The notes: generated from the letters alone by a model not told the origin. A stretch of 64,000 nucleotides of DNA from the human T2T-CHM13v2.0 reference genome, Homo sapiens (GCA_009914755.4 CP068257.2:20128001-20192000), one strand, 5' to 3'; positions 41,138 to 56,262 are shown, counted from the first letter of the stretch. Numbers and translations: made by a program.

Positions 41138-41519
41138 TGATATGGTTTGGATTTGTGCCCCCAACCAAATTTCATGTTGAATTGTGATTCCCAATATTAC
41201 AGGAGGGCCCTGGTGGGAGGTGACTGGATCATGGGGGTGGATTTCCTCTTTCTGTTCTCGTGATAGTGAGTGAGTTCCCACGAGATCTAATTGTTTAAAA
41301 ATGTGTAGCAGCTCCCTGCTTTGCTCTTCCTCCTGCTCCAGCCATGTAGGGCATGCCTCCTTCCTCTTCGCCTTCTGCCATGATTGTAAGTTTCCTGAGG
41401 TCTCCCCAGACATGCTTCCTATAGAGCCTGCATAACCATGAACAAATTAAACCTCTTTTCTTTATAAATTACCCAGTCTCAGGTATTTCTTTATATGGTA
41501 CAATAACTGACTAATACAA
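41138..41519 (+). mobile_element. Solo ERVL-MaLR LTR (THE1/MST-like)
   Basis: It starts 'tgatatggtttggatttgtgcccccaaccaaatttcatgttgaattgtgattcccaatattacaggagggccctggtgggaggtgactggatcatggggg' and ends '...gccatgattgtaagtttcctgaggtctccccag...aattaaacctcttttctttataaattacccagtctcaggtatttctttat...gactaatacaa'. Confidence 0.75.
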
Positions 41520-41909
41520 TGATATTTAGAAATAAGAGACATGGATATTTTGAATAGGTTGCCACGTAGTAAAACAAATTGAAAAACAAACTAAAAATAT
41601 GCATTTATCTAAACAACTATAAAAGGTATACAGTCAGTAAGAAAAGTACATTTGTAAAGGAAATTAATCACTAATATGAGACTAAAATGCATGATGATAA
41701 AATGACCTCACAAAACTACAGATGAAGTAGATCTAGGAAGGTTATAATTGGCCATAAGCTTAAGTAAAATACTCACTAATCTAACTTTCTGCTGGGTATA
41801 GAGGGATTTATTTAATAAGTGCAAACATTGTGTATTTTCCTTAAGAAGTCTAACTGCTGAAGAAAGTCTAACAAATTAAAACGAGTAGTATGAAGTTAAT
41901 TAAAAGCTA

Positions 41910-42227
<318 letters not shown>

Positions 42228-43081
42228 GGTAAACTGTGAAGCTCGGAAATTGTAGCATAGAGAGAGATAAAAGTATGCTAGTATCTAGAAGTTAGAGGCT
42301 GACTTAAATCTTAAAGATCAGTCGTAGTAGGATTAGAAAAAAAATGAAAAGAAAGATGAGGTAATTCATAAAGAAAGACAAAAATGAGCAACTATGCAAC
42401 ACAGTGAAGAGATTAATATAAGTATAGAAAATTTATGTAGAGAGGAGATAGCTATTAAGGCCAAGTGGGTGATGGGCTTAGACAAGTATGATAGAACTGG
42501 ATTTTGTGAGAAGGCTTTGCATTCTGACTCTGAATGCAGGTTTCAAATAGATACAGAAAATTTGTGAAGAGGTAAAAAGAAATCCTATACATCTGCCTTG
42601 GCACTAATCAGGAACATGATCCTTTTATTTATCTGTTGCTGGATATATATATGTATATATTTTTTTCCATTGGGCTTACAAATTTCCATTTCTGCTATGG
42701 GCAGGGGAAGTTTGTAAAATTAAAGTTAAAAGAAATTCAGTTTGTTTTAATTTTAAAATGGTTTCCTTTGGGGGAAACACTAAGTCTTCTAATAAGCCCT
42801 CTGCTCCTCATTATTGCTGACATGTAGAAGATTCTTATATGTCCTCATCATAATGGGACAATGGACCTATGCTCTGATTTGGATCCTTGTGCTGTCCTCG
42901 GGCTCATGAATTAATACTCCTTAGCAGTAAGTGTCTTCCTGCCATCTAGGCTGCAAGAAGTGGCCACAATCAGAGACTTCAGGGCCCTCCTAGTGGGTCC
43001 ATCCCCACCATGACTCTTGCAGATCCTGTTGAATCCTGAGTACTCAAACATGTCCTTCATTCAGTATTTGTCCTAGGCTCT

Positions 43082-43986
43082 TTGTGATGGTTAATACTGA
43101 GTGTCAACTTTATTGGATTGAAGGACGCAAAGTCTTGTTCCTGGGTGTGTCTGTGAGGGTGTTGCCAAAGGAGATTAACATTTGAGTCAGTGGACTGGGA
43201 GAGGCAGACCCATCGTCAATCTGGGTGGGTGCCATCTAATCAGCTGCCTGTGTGACTAGAATAAAGCAGGCAAGAGAAGATGGAGAGCAGACTTGCTGAG
43301 TCTTCCGGCCTTCATCTTTCTCTTGTGTTGCATGCTTCCTGCCTGATATGGTTTGGCTGTGTCCCCACCCAAATCTCATCTTGAATTGTAGCTCCCATAA
43401 TTCCCTTATGTTGTGGGAGGGACCCAGTGGGAGATAATTGAATTATCGGTCAGTTTCCTCTATACTGTTCTCATGGTAGTGAATAAGTCTCATGAGATCT
43501 AATGGTCGGGAAACCCCTTTTGCTTTGCTCTCATTCTTCTCTTGTCTGCCACCATTTTGAGACGTGCTTTTCACCTTTCACCATGATTGTGAGGTCTCCC
43601 CAGCAATGTGGAACTGTAAGTCCATTAAATCTCTTTCTTTTGTAAATTGCCCAGTCTAGCGTATGTCTTTATCAGCACTGTGAAAATGGACTAGAACATC
43701 AGACTCCAAGTTCTTCAGCTTTTGGACTCTTGGACTTACACCAGTGGTTTGCCAGGGGCTGTCAGGCCATTGACCACAGACTGAAGGCTGCATTGCTGGC
43801 TTCCCTACTTTTGAGATTTTAGGACTCGGACTGATCCACCACTGACTTCTTTGCTCCTCAACTTGTAGATGGCCTATCATTAGGCTTTACCTTGTGAGTG
43901 TGTGAGTCAATTCTCTTTAATAAACTCCTTTCATTTATAAATCTCTCTTATTAGTTCTGTCCCTCTAGAGAACCCTGACTAATACA
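43082..43986 (+). mobile_element. MaLR LTR (MST-like: 'TGTGATGGTTAAT...' head, '...CTAGAGAACCCTGACTAATACAC' tail) split by a nested THE1-like solo LTR
   Basis: The head at 43082-43342 reads 'ttgtgatggttaatactgagtgtcaactt...ctgggtgtgtctgtgagggtgttgccaaaggagattaacatttgagtcagtggactggg...caatctgggtgggtgccatctaatcag'. The tail at ~43701-43986 reads 'ggacttacaccagtgg...cctcaacttgtagatggcctatcatt...gtgtgagtcaattctctttaataaa...ctctagagaaccctgactaatacac'. Confidence 0.6.
43343..43700 (+). mobile_element. THE1-like solo LTR nested inside the MST-like LTR
   Basis: The LTR runs 'tgatatggtttggctgtgtccccacccaaatctcatcttgaattgtagctcccataattccc...gggagggacccagtgggagataattgaattatcgg...ctcatggtagtgaataagtctcatgagatctaatgg...ccatgattgtgaggtctccccagcaatgtggaactgtaagtccattaaatctctttcttttgtaaattgcccagtctagcgtatgtctttatcagcactgtgaaaatggactagaaca'. 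Confidence 0.75.
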
Positions 43987-44206
43987 CTCTTTAAGCTGTA
44001 GCCTTGGTAATGGAATCAACACCTACCCTCAGTACAAAACAGACCTACCGGTTCTAAACTGTGTCTACACAACACTCAAGATTTGATGCTTAAACGTATA
44101 GGTGGCATTTTCCCCCAAATTCTTAAGTCCCTCTCTGAATTTAAACAAACCAAATACTGTTTCTCTTCTAAAATTATGTAGGTATGACTTTCTTCAAGGT
44201 GGTCCC

Positions 44207-44380
44207 AATTCTCTAATACAGTCAATTAGTTGGCACTATAATAATTACTCAATATTTGGTATTTTCAAAGGAGAACTTTGTTTTTTATAATTCTTCTTGG
44301 TTTAAATACACTTTCATATACTTTTTTCTATTTTGAATAATTTTAGTTTACGATAAAGTAGGAAATGGATTTCAAAAATA
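44207..44380 (+). repeat. Copy B of the ~175-bp dispersed repeat of unassigned family
   Basis: 'cagtcaattagttggcactataataattactcaatatttggtattttcaaaggagaactttgttttttataattcttcttggtttaaatacactttcatatac...ttgaataattttagtttacgataaagtaggaaatggatttcaaaaatattt' is co-linear with copy A. Confidence 0.55.
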
Positions 44381-46806
44381 TTTTTATATGAACAAATAAG
44401 CAAAAGTCCTGCTAGATCCAATCTCCTTCTTACTCTGGGAACATCTTATAGTGTTGTGGCTCTTTCTCTATGAAGTTATGACCTAGATGAGAGTTAAAAA
44501 ACCTCAAGTCTGACTGTGCTCTTGCTCCTTCTTTCTCTCTGCACAAACAGTTAATTTCATAGGGGCTACCACTTTGCCTTTTTCTCCTCTTTCCAAGAGA
44601 TATTCACCCTTCCCACTTTTATAGGATAGACAAAAGTTCTCATTTGGACATGACTAATGGCCTACAGAATAACATGAATTATGAAAGTATTTACTATATA
44701 TTAATACTTTCACAATATTATTTGTATATTAACTGACTTTTGTATGTATTTTGTTATAAAAGATATATTATGTTAGCACTAGCACGAAATTCCAGGCTAT
44801 AAAGGTGAAAGAGTAAATCAGATAGTCTATGTTCTTAATGAGATTACAGTAAGGCAGAAAGAAAAATAATTGAATAGAAACTTACAAAAAAGTGTTACAA
44901 AGATTTTGAAAAAGGAGAAATCTTCAGCGGCATACAGCGGAGTAGAGAGAGCTCACCTTCAGGCCAGGGATGAAAGGGGAAACACTTGGCAACTAACCAG
45001 AAGAGCTTTGACTTCATGTGACAGTTAACAGGGACTGGCTTCATACTGGATGAAGGTATCTGATGCTACATTACGAAACTAGTCTGATGGTAGAAGATAA
45101 GTGCATTGGAGGAGAGTGTGACAAGGATAAATGATACTGTCAGAGACCCCAAATTGTTGACGTAGAAATGAATTGCAAAGAGAACATTTTGGGGGAAATG
45201 CTATCCATAAGGTTGAAAAATAATAATTACTGAAACTGGCATTTATGGCCATGGGGAAATGTCATGATAAAATGTAATCCAATAAGATACTGAGAAGTAC
45301 TAAATAATTATGGCAGAAATGGAAAGCAATCTTTCTGCTGTTCTACATCAATCAGGTTTCTATAATTGTGTCTAGTTTTAGATGCTGACCTTATTTAAGA
45401 AAGGGTGAAAAAGGAGATGGTCAGAGAAGAGAAACAAAGATAATTAACCCTCGGGTAAATAGTAATATTAAATGAATTAGATTTGTTTAGCTTAGAGAAA
45501 GGAAGGACAAGGGCAATCTGATTATAGAAATGACTCATACATAGAGTAATTAGGAGGGAAATGCAGTTTTCTATGTCCACACAGGACTAAACAAAAGGAA
45601 ATTGACTTTAATAAAGCAGTAATTGTATTTCTAGATTTGTTTAAAAAAAAAAAACACCGTTTAAACACTACTACTAATCAGCTACTGCTCTATATTTACC
45701 ATGTTTGTGTAGGTTCCCACAGGACTGTCTCTTGAGTCTCCATTAGCATCTGTCTGTGCTGACTGCTCTACTCATGTGGTTAGGGATTTAGGACTAGATG
45801 TACTCATGGGTGTGTGATTTAAACACATTTGCAACAGTTTCTTAATTTGATTTCATAGATGCGCTCTGACAAATGATTGAAAACACTGTAACTCTGCTCT
45901 TTTAAGTCAATAGCCTCCCCATAAAGTGTGATTTAAGTTTGCAGGGAAAGAGAAAAAAGATCTGTAAGTTGTTTTGTTAGTTTTTATCTTATTGCAAAAA
46001 GTGAAAATCAACTCCTTATAAATATATTATTAATCAAGAGAGTTTTTAACATATTTTTAAGAAATTTTATAACTCACTTTATGATTTTTACCTGTTTTAG
46101 TTATATGGAAAAATCTGAAGTTACTAAAAAATTAAAATTGATATTTCTAAGTGACTCGAGAAAGTTCACGATGACTGATTTTATCATTTTTTACAACTAC
46201 ATAGAAACTTCCTGTGTATCGAAACTTTCTGTACCCCCTTTCTATAAACTCCTATAAGTTGCCTGTCCACAAACTGTGTATGTAATCTAGGGTCAATGGA
46301 AGGAGCTTAAACTCTACCTATAAGAGAGGAACATCAATGTATTTGAGAACATAAGTTAAATCCACCACCGTACTATACATACATATATTTATGAAAAATT
46401 TTTGTACGGTGCTAAAAAAACTATTTCTTGCATGCTCCTTTAACCTTTAAATCTATAAAGGTCCAGTGCATTAAACAAGTCATATGTGTCCAGGAGCAAC
46501 CATCAAAACGGTTATAGTAGCAAGAACTTGGGAGAAGGTTGAGCTTTGAGTGTGATGTATTGTAAACAGTTAGTCTGGAAGAAAATTGCATAGTGCATGG
46601 CACAGGAAGATCAGAAGGTGGAATCACAACTTTGTTTGGAAGGCACAGGTCGCTAACACATTTGTTTGGGCTTGCTTGTTTGCTTCTTCGCTTCTTCTTA
46701 TTATTTACTATGAAAAGCAGGGATGCCAAGGTGACATGTGCTTAAGAACTGTAGGTTAGGTAGTCTCAGTGGTAAGCTGGTGTGAGTCCAACATTAGGAT
46801 TAAGGG

Positions 46807-47160
<354 letters not shown>

Positions 47161-50144
47161 TTATCATCTTACTTATGTGGGTCAGCAGTGTATTGCAGAT
47201 GACAAAGAAACATGAGTTAATGGAGACAGATGCTTTGGAGGTAAAACTCACTGGCTTAGTTGACTTAAGATGTAGGAGGTGCCATGTTCTAATACCTAAA
47301 TCATGGCCTTGTCTTTCTGTTAAGAAGTTTTCTCTAAGGGTCAAATTCTTACAACCATTTACATTATAATTGCTCCTTATTATTAGATAGTACGAACATT
47401 TTAACAGAAAGTCAATTTGTATTAATTTGTATTAAATATTATATATGTTAGCATGATATCAGTATTTTCCTAACATTTCTAAAAGGTTTAATATTTTTAA
47501 AGTACAATATAGCCCTGTTTTATTCCTCTCATTTAAAAAATAAATTTAAAATTTTGATTGAAAATTTAAGAATTTTACTCTTCTCATTCAAAAATAACAA
47601 TAAATACATTAACTCTAAGTGGGAAGTTTAAAGAGTTAATCTTTGGTGAATATAATATGAAATATGACAGCATGATTTATTATTCTTGTGGCTATTTCTT
47701 AGGTTTTCCTCAATATATTACTAACTTTTAAATAATAAAGTCAATTATAAATACTGCATTTTAAGTTGACTACAAAACTTAGCTAATTTTCTTATAACAT
47801 TTATATTTTAAAACCATAAATATGAATAAACATGTGCAAATATTTTAAAATATGCAATATTATTTAATTGTAATTATATATTGTATATTCCAACAACAAT
47901 ATTTTAATACTTTAGAGACATAATTGTGTTATTCTAAAAATGCTTCAATTTTTCATTAATCAGGAGCAATAGCATGCATATTGATGTAAGAATTTGTACA
48001 TAAAGTATTCACTATTTAATAATGTATAGTACAAATTATGTACTGTTTTTATGTTAGATATACCAATTTAAATATGATATAAAAACAAGCTTTTAGAGTT
48101 GAAAATCATATCAGTTCATTTATTTATAAATATGATTTAACTGCTACCTGAAGACATTGTTTTTATTTTTGTTATTTGGTTCTTCACATAATATTTGAGG
48201 GCTTTATTTTCATATTTGTACAATATGATAAATTAGTCTAATTTTACCTCATGTTGTAAGAAAAACTAGCTAAACATTCTCCAAATTTTTGTTTTTAATA
48301 TGGGTCTTTTGGCAATAATGCAATCATTTTATTTTTCTGCACGGTACTGGTCTGTGTAATGGATTTTAAATATTTATCAAATTAATCAATTGCTTGAATA
48401 AACAAATTCCATTAACGGCTTGAGATTTATGTGAATACCGTATGTAGATTATGAGCCTTTCATTGCCAAACCATTTTACTCATGCACCTGTATTTCTAAA
48501 ATTTGTGAGCACATACTCCAATATATGTATGATTTGCTTATAGTTTATATACTTGTACAACTTATACTGCCATACTGATATGTATGTATATTGCAAAAAT
48601 CTACAAAAGAGAAATTAAAATTAACTAAATAAAAATAAAATAATTAACAAACAATAATGTCAAATGATTTGATATTTCATATCATCCATTATTTTCACAA
48701 AAATTCACAATAAAATAAATTTTGATACTTATTACTGTCAATGAAACAATCACTGACACTTAGTGCTTAGTTCTTAACAGTTTTGCTAATGATGATGGGT
48801 AAATGGTATTATTAACAAGCATCTCAAGGCATAGCACACACTCTCATGACATTAAATACATGTTTCCAATTAGTTTCACTTTATTTCCATTTCTGTTGTC
48901 ATCCCTTGAAATCTTCTTAAATTGGCATTTGCTTTATCCTGTAGTTCTTGACAAAGTTAATATGCTCTAACTAAGAACATATATGCTCCTCCATTGCTTG
49001 TTTGCTTGTGTTTATACTATGACCAATATTGTCAACTAATGGCTCTTTGCAGGGATATTTTTCAGCTGCTTGTTCATGTTATAAAACTTAACTTTTGTTA
49101 AAATAAAATAATACTATCAGAAATTCACTAAACCTGAAATAGGAATGTTGCATGCATGATAACTTGTTAGGGGAAAAAGAAAGTAAGATTGTCACTTCTC
49201 TTTCTTTAGGGGATATTTACACAATGTAGGACAACCCTCCATCTGTCTTAAGATGAAGTGAGAACATCAGTATTTATCCATATATTAAATATTATAAAAA
49301 TAATATTTCTCGACATTTAAATATTATCCATTGTAATGTTTTCTTCTTATACCCCAGTGGATCATCTTGATGCATACACCTCACTTTGGAGACAACTAAT
49401 TTCAGGAATACACAGGACAACTGTGCCCCTGCAAACAAGGGGTACACGAATGGTGTCTGGAGTCTTCCAAACCATCTCAGGAGTATAGCTAGTAAATCAG
49501 ATTTTGGTAATTAGGAAGTTGTCTAACTCCAGGCTTGCAATGGACATAGAATACTTATTAGGTTGTACCCCTACCTATGAATAGAATATGACAAAGTTGT
49601 TCCAGACTTTTGCACATCAAATTGTCCAATAATTGATGATATATGCCACTCAAATAAGCAACCAATTTTGTCAGTTTCCTTTGAAAAGAAGACTATTCAC
49701 AACATGGTAAGTTATTATTTCAGCTTAGTTTAGCTTAAGTATATGGATAACTCAGAATGCTTTCAGTGTATGCATGGAATATTAATTTGTTCTAAAAATA
49801 TTTGATAAATATCTGGCACTCTTCTAATATTAGAACAGTGGTGAAAAAAGGAAAACTCACCCTGAACTAAGGGAGTACTCAGTTACAAAGGATAAAATGT
49901 CAAGTAGCAGAGAGAAAAGACCAGTGTTATTTTCTGCAGGGTGACCAGGAATAGCTTCTTGAATAAGATGATAGTTGAAGAGACCAGAAGGAAGAGAGGA
50001 AGCAAGACAAGCAGGAGGGTGTACTAGTAGGGCCTATAAATAAAGACTATGGCACTTGCAATACTATAGGTGAGACAACGGTGGCTTATAGCAAGTCAGT
50101 AACTGAAGGCCATGAAAATTGATTAGATTCCGACTATATCTTGA

Positions 50145-50420
50145 AAGTATGACAGTAGTTGTTGGGAGTATGCAATCTGGAACCAGACTACTTTGGTTTA
50201 AATCCCAAAATTGCCTGTTTCTTGCCACATAGCAGAGTACTACTTAAACTTTTTATGATACCTTATCTGTGTAAAACAGGTTACTGTGTTACCTATCTTA
50301 ATCTAGTTGTGAAAATTTCTCCTTTCTGTGTGCGTGTCTGTGTACTAGCTAGAACACTATTTGACACATAGTAAACACTGTTAGCTTTTGCAATTACTAT
50401 GGGAGGAGAGAAAAAGAGAT
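50145..50420 (+). mobile_element. MIR SINE, nearly full length
   Basis: The tRNA-like head is 'gtatgacagtagttgttgggagtatgcaatctggaaccagactactttggtttaaatcccaaaattgcctgtttcttgccacatagcagagtactacttaaac'. The core is 'ccttatctgtgtaaaacaggttactgtgttacctatcttaatctagttgtgaaaatt'. The tail is 'ctagctagaacactatttgacacatagtaaacactgttagcttt', which matches the MIR end '...gcacagtgcctggcacatagtaagcgctcaataaatg'. Confidence 0.6.
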
Positions 50421-53400
50421 GAGTCTAGGAAGACCCCAAGGTTTTGGTGTGAGCAATATAGGAAGAGTGGGATTGTTTTTTACTGAAATGGGGACAACTG
50501 AAAAAGAAGTAAATTCAGGAGTGATTGAAAATCGAAGTGAAGAATCAAACCTGCTAAATCTGTGATGACTCGGAGACATAAAAATGAATGCTTTTCATAG
50601 GAATATCTCAGGTGACAGATTCAGCCTGAAGCAAAGAAGTGAAGTTTTCAACATTTATATGATTTTTAAGGCTATGGAAATGGGTAGGATTACCAAAAAA
50701 GTCATTATAAGTACAGCAAAGATAACTCAAGGCTCAGCTCTGGACATGAAAACTTTAGAAGAAGAATCAGCAAAAGTGCCTGAAAGGTGAAATGACAGAA
50801 AAATTATTAAGTCATGGGTTTTGGCTACCAAAAAGTAAAACCTGTTTCTGTATGAATGAGTGATCATCTGTGCCAACTGCTTCATATAACTCAAGTGAGA
50901 TGAAAGCAAAAAAACAATATATCTAGTAGATTTAACAAACAAATCTCATTGGAAGCTTTAACTGTAATTGTTGTATTACCAGACATGATGGAGTTCAAGG
51001 GAGAATGGAAGAAGAAAAATTGGATTCAACAATACAGACAACTCAGGAGAGTTTTACTCCAAAGTGTGGAGAGCAATGTTGTTGGTGATAGCAGAGATAC
51101 TGTGCAGCCAAAAATATTTTAAAATTCATTCTGCACTGAGTTATTTCATAATAGAAAGTACAAAAGTGTATACAAAAAAATCATTTGAGAGAGGATAATT
51201 TCATTGTACAAGTTTAGGATTTGGTTTTTGGCGTTAGATAGTTATACACATAAGACAAACTAAACCAGGTGGAAAACCAGCGAGTAGAATTGCAGAGATA
51301 GGTAGATAGCGCCTGAAAATGTATTGTATTTTACTTCTGATTCATTGTCCTTTTCAAGTTTATGAAGATAATGTTTTAGAAAAAAACTAAGGTATGATAT
51401 AGTCCTTGAGATTAGAACTATACAGTAAATATACCAGGAACATTGAGTAGGATCTTTGAACAGAAGGTAAATGGAGGCTGCTAGTCATAAGTTAAAAGCA
51501 AGATGAGTCAGTGCGGGTGTGTGTGTTTTTCTTCAACTACTTTGAGTTGCTCAGAGGCAGGCATAAAACAGGGAGAGAGCTTGACTTAATTAAATTTGGG
51601 TTTTTTTCAAGGTTGCAAAATGCAGAAGGACAAGGGACAAGGGGATTGCAAATACATGCAACAGAATGATTATAATGATAGCTCATAGAAACCAAAGCAG
51701 GTAATGAGAAGAATGAAGACATAATGGAAATGACAAACAGCAGCAAGTCAAAGGATTGAAGGAAGTTCAGGTAGGAAAAAAATGGTCTTGGAATTCTCAA
51801 GTAATAAAGAATTTGGAAAATTAGAAGTGGTGGCTGGAGAGTGTGAAGGTTCGAGCTGATATTAAGGAAGAAATGTAGTCGCTGGAAATAACAACAACTA
51901 GGGCATGAACAGAGAGTCAGTAACTGAAGGCCCAGATCATTGGAAGTGAAGAAGTCTCAGTACTCTAAGGTTAGGGGACTAAAAAGACCTTTCATGTTAA
52001 TAGTAAATCACCAAATTTTAGCAGAAATTCTATTGGGGGGATAGTGTAACAAGTGGTACATCTTTATACAGCAAACATCTGGGAAATAAAGGCAGAGTCA
52101 TTCTGTTGGGTTATTATCTTCTAATTCAACAAGATAATGAGCAGAGATTTTATTATTTGGCAGCAGAAAAGTTCAAGATGCTAAAGGTTATCTATGGGGC
52201 ACATAGTTTAAGTGGCTAAGGCAAAACATTCCATCAGAGAAACATTAGTGGAGAATATAAATGAAAAATTCCTGTAAATGGTTACTTTATTAACAATAAT
52301 ACCTTATTTGTCTACTATATAGCAGTTGACAGTTTTTAGAGCATTTTATTTGATCCTGACAACATCTGTGTGAAGAATATGGAGACAGTGTTATGCTTCT
52401 GGGGAAAAACATGAGGGCTTTAGATATTAACCAGTCCTGACTGAAAACCACTAAATTAATGGCAAGAACCCAAAATATTATATGGCTTTGCTGAGTAAAT
52501 GTGTTGCTCTTTGCTCTGAAACATTATTCCTATTTCTTTTTTTTAATATTTATTTCTATTTTATAGCATGTCTACTACAGGTGAGTAGAGTTTTGTTTGA
52601 ATAAACCAAAATAGGATATTAGAAATGCCTATCACGCTCAAAACAATGATAAGATTCTGTTTATTTCATGAAGTTTCCATTAATAATTAGAATAAATTTT
52701 TACACATACATGTGTAAAATATATACATACGTGAAAAATACATGTATGTATGAAAAACAGATCTGGACCTTCAATTGAGGGAAATATCTATGAAGAGAAA
52801 ATATTTTTTGAAATTTTATATTATTCAGAAAGTTTAGATAGCACATGATTTTTAAAATTACAGGATCTTTATTACAGTATTATATGACATACAGCAATAC
52901 ACTGCAGAAGAGAATTATTAAACACTTCAAAACATTCATAACTGTTTGCCTCAGAAAAAATATTTTCAAGTTCATCCTCTTCCAGAATGCTTAAATATTT
53001 CTACAATTTATTTAATTCATATCAGAGTAATGTGGGCACTTTCTATCACATGGTCAACTTACTGAATCTATTGAAACTTCAGATTCCTCATCTGCAAAAC
53101 AGAGATATCAGTGCAACTCCCCAGGGCTATGATGAAAAGTGAAGGAGGGAATGCATGAAAAGTTCTGAGCACTATGCCTTTGCCATTGTAAGCACTTGAT
53201 CAATGGTAGTTGCTGTTGTTATACTTACTAGATTTTTATAATTTGTTCCCCTTTCAAAGTTACAAAATAAATAATATTCTGATATTGCAACTCTTTTTTT
53301 AATGATCAAAGCACATGCCTGAGTATCAAATATTCCTCCGTGATTTACAACTATTTTCCTGTCTCTTGGACAGGTAATTTGAAATCATACTCTAGAATTG

Positions 53401-54116
53401 TTTTTAAATGCTTGCTCTAGTGTATTTAACACATATAGATTTTTTTATCCTCTTTGTATTGCAAATGCATTTTCTCTCTAAAATTAACTTCAGGCTTCCT
53501 TTTCTTTCCTTTGGGTAGAATGAAGTAAAGATAAAAGTAAGTTCTGAAATAATAAATGTCGTCCCAGTATGTACTCCAAGCTATAAAGAAAATTATAAAT
53601 ATAGAGAACATAAAAAAGGCAAAATGAGATGGTCAAAATAAATTCTATCATATCAAAAACTCAATACATATAAATATGAATATATTTCCTAGGTAACAAA
53701 AACATTGGAACTTTCGAATTTTCTGTTGGGTTTTCTCAGAAGCAGACCATGAGAAAAGGATTTGAGTACATGTAATTTATTTGGTGTTTGCATGAATACA
53801 AGTAGGAAAGTATGGAATGAGAAAGAAGCCAATAAAAAGATGCATTTAATTGCTCTTATAGATGTCAAGTTAATTCTAAAGGAAACCTTTGGGAAACTAT
53901 GCAAAACATACATATCAGAATTTGCTCCTAAAGGGCTGAGGGGGCTGGAGTACACAGACAACCACTTTGCAAAGTCAGTCACTGAGGGTTTCTTCGAAGC
54001 TGGGTTTGGAGAGTGGGTATTTCATTCCCTGTATCCAGCAAAGAAACTTTTAGTTTTTATCGATATATTATAGTGGTAGTGCATGTCTTCTGATGCTGAA
54101 TTTGCTACATTAGCTA

Positions 54117-54118
<2 letters not shown>

Positions 54119-54149
<31 letters not shown>
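54119..54149. repeat. (GT)15 microsatellite
   Basis: Fifteen perfect GT units were read directly from the sequence. Confidence 0.95.
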
Positions 54150-54150
<1 letters not shown>

Positions 54151-56211
54151 TCTAAAAGGGTGTATTTATATGTCATTCACAGTAGAGACAAACAACACAC
54201 CCAGAAGATAATACAACCAAAATTTAAAAATTAAAGATGGAATATACACAGAAAAAAAATTACCAGGCAGTTAATAATAGCTAAATAGCAAGAAAGCAAA
54301 CAAAATACTAGTATAAAGAGTATTAAAATATCTCGAACTGAAAATTCAATATGCCAGATTTTAAAAACATTCCAAATTTCATGTATCTAACACTATAGTT
54401 TCAAAATATGTAAAGAAAGATGAAAATACAAGGAATTATTGGCTAATCCACCATCTTATTGGGTGGTTTTAGCACACCTTATACAGCGATTGACAGAAAA
54501 AGTAGACAAATTTAGTGAAGCTATAGAAAAAGTGAAGACACTATAAATAAAATTCAGCTAATAAATAACCACTATAACTATATAGATACCAATACATATT
54601 ATATTTATACATTACTAAGTTTATATATATATACTGATCTGCCTATGTCTCAAGTTAAAATTCTCATTCTCAAAAAACATTCAATTAAATTATTGTATTT
54701 AAAAAAGAGATAAAATTGATTCAAGGGTAAGAATGCTGCCATTTTTGGGGAAGTCTAAAGAGTTCTGAAGAAAATGTAAACAATGACAATGTATATAAAT
54801 AAAATATAAAACAACAAAGAATAAAAATTAACAGAGCAAGTCTTTGCAGCATTACATTGTCAAAATTAGAGTTAACAGAAACTATTTCATACACTTTTTA
54901 ATAGTGGATAAGACGTTTGAAGCAATGAAACCCATATGATATTTGAACCCAGGTTATCATATCTTAGTCTCATCCCAAACAGTTACAGTTTATGTCAAAT
55001 GAAATTACAGCGAAAAATATTATATGAGACATTGGTCTGGAAGACAATGGATCTGATTCAATCTGACAATTACCAGGATTTTATCAGCAGAATTGTCTCT
55101 TGATCTGGAAAGGAAAACATATTCTCGTTTTATTCATTAGTCTCTCTGGAATGGCTTCATCAGCATGATTATGTAAACCTGGTCTGGATCCAAATTATAG
55201 AATGCACCGGACTGTGTTTCAAGAAATAGATGGTCTCAGATTTTGCCAATGTTGTAGGCTAAAGACTTTTGATACTAGAACCATGCCATTATTAAGATAT
55301 ATGTAATTTTTGAAGAAAATTTTTATTCTTGGGTAACAAGAAGATGTTTCTAAGCAGATTAAATTTTATAACTAATGTAGTATTAAGAGAGGAGTACTTA
55401 TATATCCATGAAGTGAATTCACACAGGATTTCATCAGGACATGTAATCAAAATAATTAAGATACTATCTGTAAATTAGGATTTGAGACACAAATCCTTAG
55501 GATTCTGAGATACAAAATCATTTGAAATACAAAATGAGTGAGAACCTGAAAGGAAATGGAAGTAGAGCAAGCAACATATAAAGCAAGTAATTTGTATTGG
55601 TAAAAATATCAATGGGCTTTACTATCATTAGTAAAATTGGCCAAAAAATATTTTAATGTATTTTTAATAAAATCAAAGTAAAGATTGACAATGAACAGAA
55701 GCAAAAACAAAACTCTTATGTTATACTGGAAAGGTCATCCTTATATTTGGTGATGAGCAATTTTCAATTTTCTTTACATGGATTGAAGAAAAAAATGTAC
55801 TTACATTTGTAAAATAATTGGTGGTAGAAATTATGTGATTTCTCTATGTTAGAGAAAATAATATATTTTATATTCATTATATAATGTGTGATATAATTTG
55901 ATTGTGTTACATATCATTAAAATAACATAATTCTTTAGTCAATATTATTTAGAAACTTTGCTGTACTTTTCTGTTTAATTATCATATAATCATGCAGCTC
56001 ATTCATACAGAGTTAAGAGTGATTGTCAATTTTAAAACTTACCAAATATACATCAAAAAATTTGTGAATATAATTTGAAACAAAACAAATATTTTACTCT
56101 ACAGTTGTATATAATTTGGTATAAAATTACCTTTTGGGAGAAAGATATTTTTCCTCACCATATTAATTTCACAAAGAACTAGTACTCATATGGATTCCAA
56201 TTTTCTTTTTC

Positions 56212-56262
56212 TTTTAGAGACAGGGTCTCACTTTGTTGTCCAGGCTGGAGTGCAGTGGAGTG
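56212..56262 (-). mobile_element. Short Alu 3'-end fragment
   Basis: The fragment reads 'ttttctttttcttttagagacagggtctcactttgttgtccaggctggagtgcagtggagtgcagg' and is then unique. Confidence 0.5.
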
